NCBI RefSeq assembly: GCF_003918875.1
Contig: NW_025764968.1
Location: forward strand, 124,001 to 188,000
Direction: 5' to 3'
Length of the DNA stretch: 64,000 nucleotides
Origin: Haliotis rubra
Taxonomy: Eukaryota
The notes under the pieces: generated by a model
Database searches by the model: none
Told to the model about the DNA's origin: nothing
The model's input: only the letters and a program-made list of their open reading frames with translations
Position numbers and translations under genes: made by a program
In this document: positions 60,678-64,000 of the stretch, piece by piece
Layout: each line of letters begins with the position of its first letter
Numbering within the stretch: the first letter of the stretch is position 1

Positions 60678-60811
60678 ATGGTCAATACGGATGTATCGCA
60701 GTCTGGGATGCAGAGTTCCCGCAGATCGTGCGGCTGTTTGAAGACGACCGGAAGAAAAGACAAGAGCTGGAGAACAACATGAAGAAAGAAAGAAGGACGC
60801 AATTCTTGTAG
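60678..60811 (+). CDS. LRRK2: LRRK2 terminal coding exon W44 (DGQYGCIAVWDAEFP...MKKERRTQFL*)
   Basis: atcccag|; TAG at 60809-60811; resembles the human C-terminal helix (CLTVWD...MRRTSVE). Confidence 0.94.
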
Positions 60812-60896
60812 ACCTTGCTGCTTCTAAATGGAGATGTGGACTCGTAGAATCAGATATTTATTTCCAGGAACTGTGATACACTGATACCTAAGACAC

Positions 60897-61102
60897 TGTG
60901 CATCAAGATCAGTGATGAATAGACTAATATTTTACCACTGTGCCAATACCAATATAGGTCCAAGTGTGCATCAAAGTCAGTGATGAATAGACTAATATTT
61001 TACCACGGTGCCAATACCAGTATAGGTCCAAGTGTGCATCAAAGTCAGTGATGAATAGACTAATATTTTACCACGGTGCCAATACCAGTATAGGTCCAAG
61101 TG
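60897..61102. repeat. 68-bp triple tandem repeat in the probable 3' UTR
   Basis: GTGCATCAAAGTCAGTGATGAATAGACTAATATTTTACCACGGTGCCAATACCAGTATAGGTCCAAGT x3. Confidence 0.93.
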
Positions 61103-62188
61103 AACAGTCACAAGAAATATGATATTAGTACTGAACTATATAAGGCTGTGTATATATCCTTCAACAAGTGAATGGGGCATGGTTGGCTCAGTGGGCAAAG
61201 GTGACTTTAATTGTTGGTTTCAATCCCAGATTTGCCCTGATATGTTTTATGTTCAAGTGACATGCTCTTTAATAACGGACATACTGTTCAAAGCATGCTG
61301 ACCAAACTCACCCTTTGACTCTTTTCAGTGAGTGAAAACATTGAAGACGAAAACAAGATTATTTCCTGAGAAAGTGTGTTCCACCGACATATTATAAATA
61401 TCATGTCTGTTCTTGTTCAAGGATTTTTTAATATACTGTGGAAAACATATCATTATTCTTTTAATGAAGCAAATATGTGTATGTATCATATATATATATT
61501 GGATTTACTTGAAAAACAGTTAATTTTTCTTTTGAATTTAAGATATAGTTTGGAATAACTGGAAAAGCATTCATCATTCTTTTAATGAATCAAGTATAGT
61601 TTGGAATTACTGTAAAAATCCTTAGGTCATCGCTTTTTGAATGAAGCACTTCATAGTTTGTTACCAATATAATTGTGACAGCCTCTGTCTTGCTTGGATG
61701 TGCAATTAAGTATTAGTTCCTGCGTTTCCGAAACTCAGATCACTTGACTTTATACAATCATCAGAACATGAAGCATTTCAAGCATTTTTTTTTTTAAATC
61801 CATTTTTCATACAAAACAGGGAAGCGTTGCATTAAGCTGCTTTTAAACCGTAAACATCTCTAATTGTTTTAACAGTGTGAGTATGTACTTCTAATGTACC
61901 TAAGTTATCAGTCTAATGACGAACCAGATAGTTTAGTCAGTGATAAACAACGAAGGCTGATACCTACAATCAGACACTTGGGAGACAGTCACTTCCCAAT
62001 ATATGCCATTACCTCAATATATTCCTTTAACTATTTCCCATCATTTCAATGCAAAATGACATTAATCTTCTATTTTTTCACACTTCATAACTTCTCCTTG
62101 ATTATAAATTCTGTTCCTTGTAAACTAATTTAATGAGGATAGAATGGGCCAATAGGAATCATCATGAAAAACTAAGGAGTTGTTAACA

Positions 62189-62419
62189 CAGGGAAAATTG
62201 CCCGACGCCCGAGTCCAGTGTTTTTTTCTGTCGGGCAAGCAAATTTGTATATTACACTGTACCGGTGTCCAGTTGACTTTCCAATATTAATTATGTTGTT
62301 TATTTTAAAAAATCAACAAGAAAACAGCTGGTATAGTGGAACAATTATCAGGGCAAGTGATTTTACATGTGCCACTGTACCGGAGTACACTAGCAATTTT
62401 AAAGTTATTTCCACCCCTG
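62189..62419. mobile_element. hAT-like MITE (11191 family)
   Basis: Body homologous to 11191 and 37858; ends CAGGG...CCACCCCTG; flanks TAACA and CAACA. Confidence 0.82.
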
Positions 62420-63059
62420 CAACACAACTAATTATTGTTACCAGATTACATGAAATCAGAGAAAGTAATTACAAGAAGAAATGTTCATTATCCCAATAAT
62501 TGAAGAATAATTTGAGATAAGCGTAATAATCCAGATCTGTTCGATTCTGGTGATTATTACTGTTGCTGATCATGTGATACATGTGATGATATTCTTACCT
62601 TATATCCAGACAAATGTGATAGCTCCTGTTCTAATCCTTGAGATTTATACTACTATCCTGACAAATATGTCCTCTATTCTGAATCTGATGTGGAGAGACC
62701 CAACTAGACCTTGTAATCATCTGAACACTTCTCTCATTTACTGTCAGAAACCATTTTGTTCACAATGGATGTAAACTTTATGTATTCATCAAGATTTCAC
62801 CATGATATATACCGGTACACATAATAATAAGTCTCATGCTTCTGTTCAGTCCTCGGTGTCTCCTTTGGCTCATGATCAACAGATGACTAGTCTCGTCTTA
62901 ACTATTAATTTTATAAAGCCAGAATTTAAGTTCTGTTAAAAAATACATGCAATATAAGAACATGATATTGAGGTTGCTCCAGGTGGAAGTTTTTTATCTG
63001 GGTTGCTAGGTACGTAGTCAGGCTTTTGTGCAATACATACCAACACGTCATTCCTCCAG

Positions 63060-64000
63060 TGTTTCATGTACAGTGATGAAATATACATATACAGTGTACG
63101 TGTTTTATCTACTGTACAGTGATGACATATATATACAGTGTACATGTATTTACTGTACAGTGATGACATATATATATATTCAGTGTACATGTATTTACTG
63201 TAGTGATGACATATATATATACAGTGTACATGTATTTACTGTACAGTGATGAAATATATATGTACAGTGTACATGTATTTATTGTACAGTGATGACATAT
63301 ATATATATACAGTGTACATGTATTTACTGTACAGTGATGACATATATATATACAGTGTACATGTATTTACTGTACAGTGATGACATATATATAGTGTACA
63401 TGTATTTACTGTACAGTGATGACATACATATATATACAGTGAACATGTATTTACTGTACAGTGATGACATATATATAGTGTACATGTATTTACTGTACAG
63501 TGATGATATATATATATACAGTGTAGATGTATATATCTACTGTACAGTAATGATATATTTATATATACAGTGTACATGTATTTACTGTACAGTGATGACA
63601 TATATATATATAGTGTAGATGTATATATTTACTGTACAGTAATGAGATATTTATATATACAGTGTACATGTATTTACTGTACAGTGATGACATATATATA
63701 TAGCGTACATGTATTTACTGTACAGTGATGACATATATATACAGTGTACATGTATTTACTGTACAGTGATGACATATATATATATATACCATGTACATAT
63801 ATTTACTGTACAGTGATGACCTACATATATATACAGTGAACATGTATTTACTGTACAGTGATGATATATATATATATATATATATATATACAGTGCACAT
63901 GTATTTACTGTACAGTGATGACATATATATATATACAGTGTAGATGTATATATCTACTGTACAGTAATGAGATATTTATATATAGTGTACATGTATTTAC
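63060..64000. repeat. About 44-52-bp AT-rich satellite with internal palindromes and variable (TA)n
   Basis: Unit TACAGTGTACATGTATTTACTGTACAGTGATGACA(TA)n; runs off the window end. Confidence 0.95.

Larger units (their letters stand above)
331..60811 (+). other. LRRK2: LRRK2-type Roco kinase gene, 5'-truncated by the window (44 coding exons visible)
   Basis: Phase-consistent GT-AG exon chain. Motifs match human LRRK2 as recalled: RMKLMVVG..GKTTLL, WDFAGQEEFYSTH, KPWLSNI..RA, GFWSRLI, YWRQGI, DHID.LI.EWYPGL, GDGGFGAV, YRDLKP.NVL, DYGI, GTP.YRAPE, SAEL.CL, ALWVGTGGGH, C-terminal RRT. Confidence 0.93.

Noticed and set aside
60797-60808. Class I PDZ-binding motif at the C-terminus (TQFL)
   Set aside because: Thr is at position -3, not -2; it is better explained as the conserved RRT tail.
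62936-63924. Tyr/Cys-rich short ORFs
   Set aside because: They are translations of the terminal AT-rich satellite.

Overview
This is AT-rich, repeat-rich eukaryotic DNA. The SINE/MITE families suggest a mollusc, probably a gastropod such as abalone (inference). The window holds the 3' two-thirds of one plus-strand LRRK2-type Roco kinase gene. I traced 44 coding exons by hand (331-60811, about 5.3 kb CDS, about 1,760 aa). All introns are GT-AG with consistent phases. The exons encode a Ser/Pro-rich linker, LRRs, ROC GTPase, COR, kinase, WD40 and the C-terminal helix; the ARM/ANK N-terminus lies upstream of the window. Introns contain a decayed LINE headed by a 2A/StopGo peptide, several SINE families, many MITEs (some with 5-bp TSDs, two carrying 53-bp satellites), Penelope-like hammerhead remnants and about ten tandem arrays. 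The most striking pattern is repeated copying of exon-intron junctions. A 3.4-kb array is about 80 copies of an LRR exon's own 3' end plus its splice donor, and smaller junction duplications follow three other exons. A further array full of consensus donors follows a WD40 exon. Comparisons with human proteins and repeat families are from memory; no searches were run.
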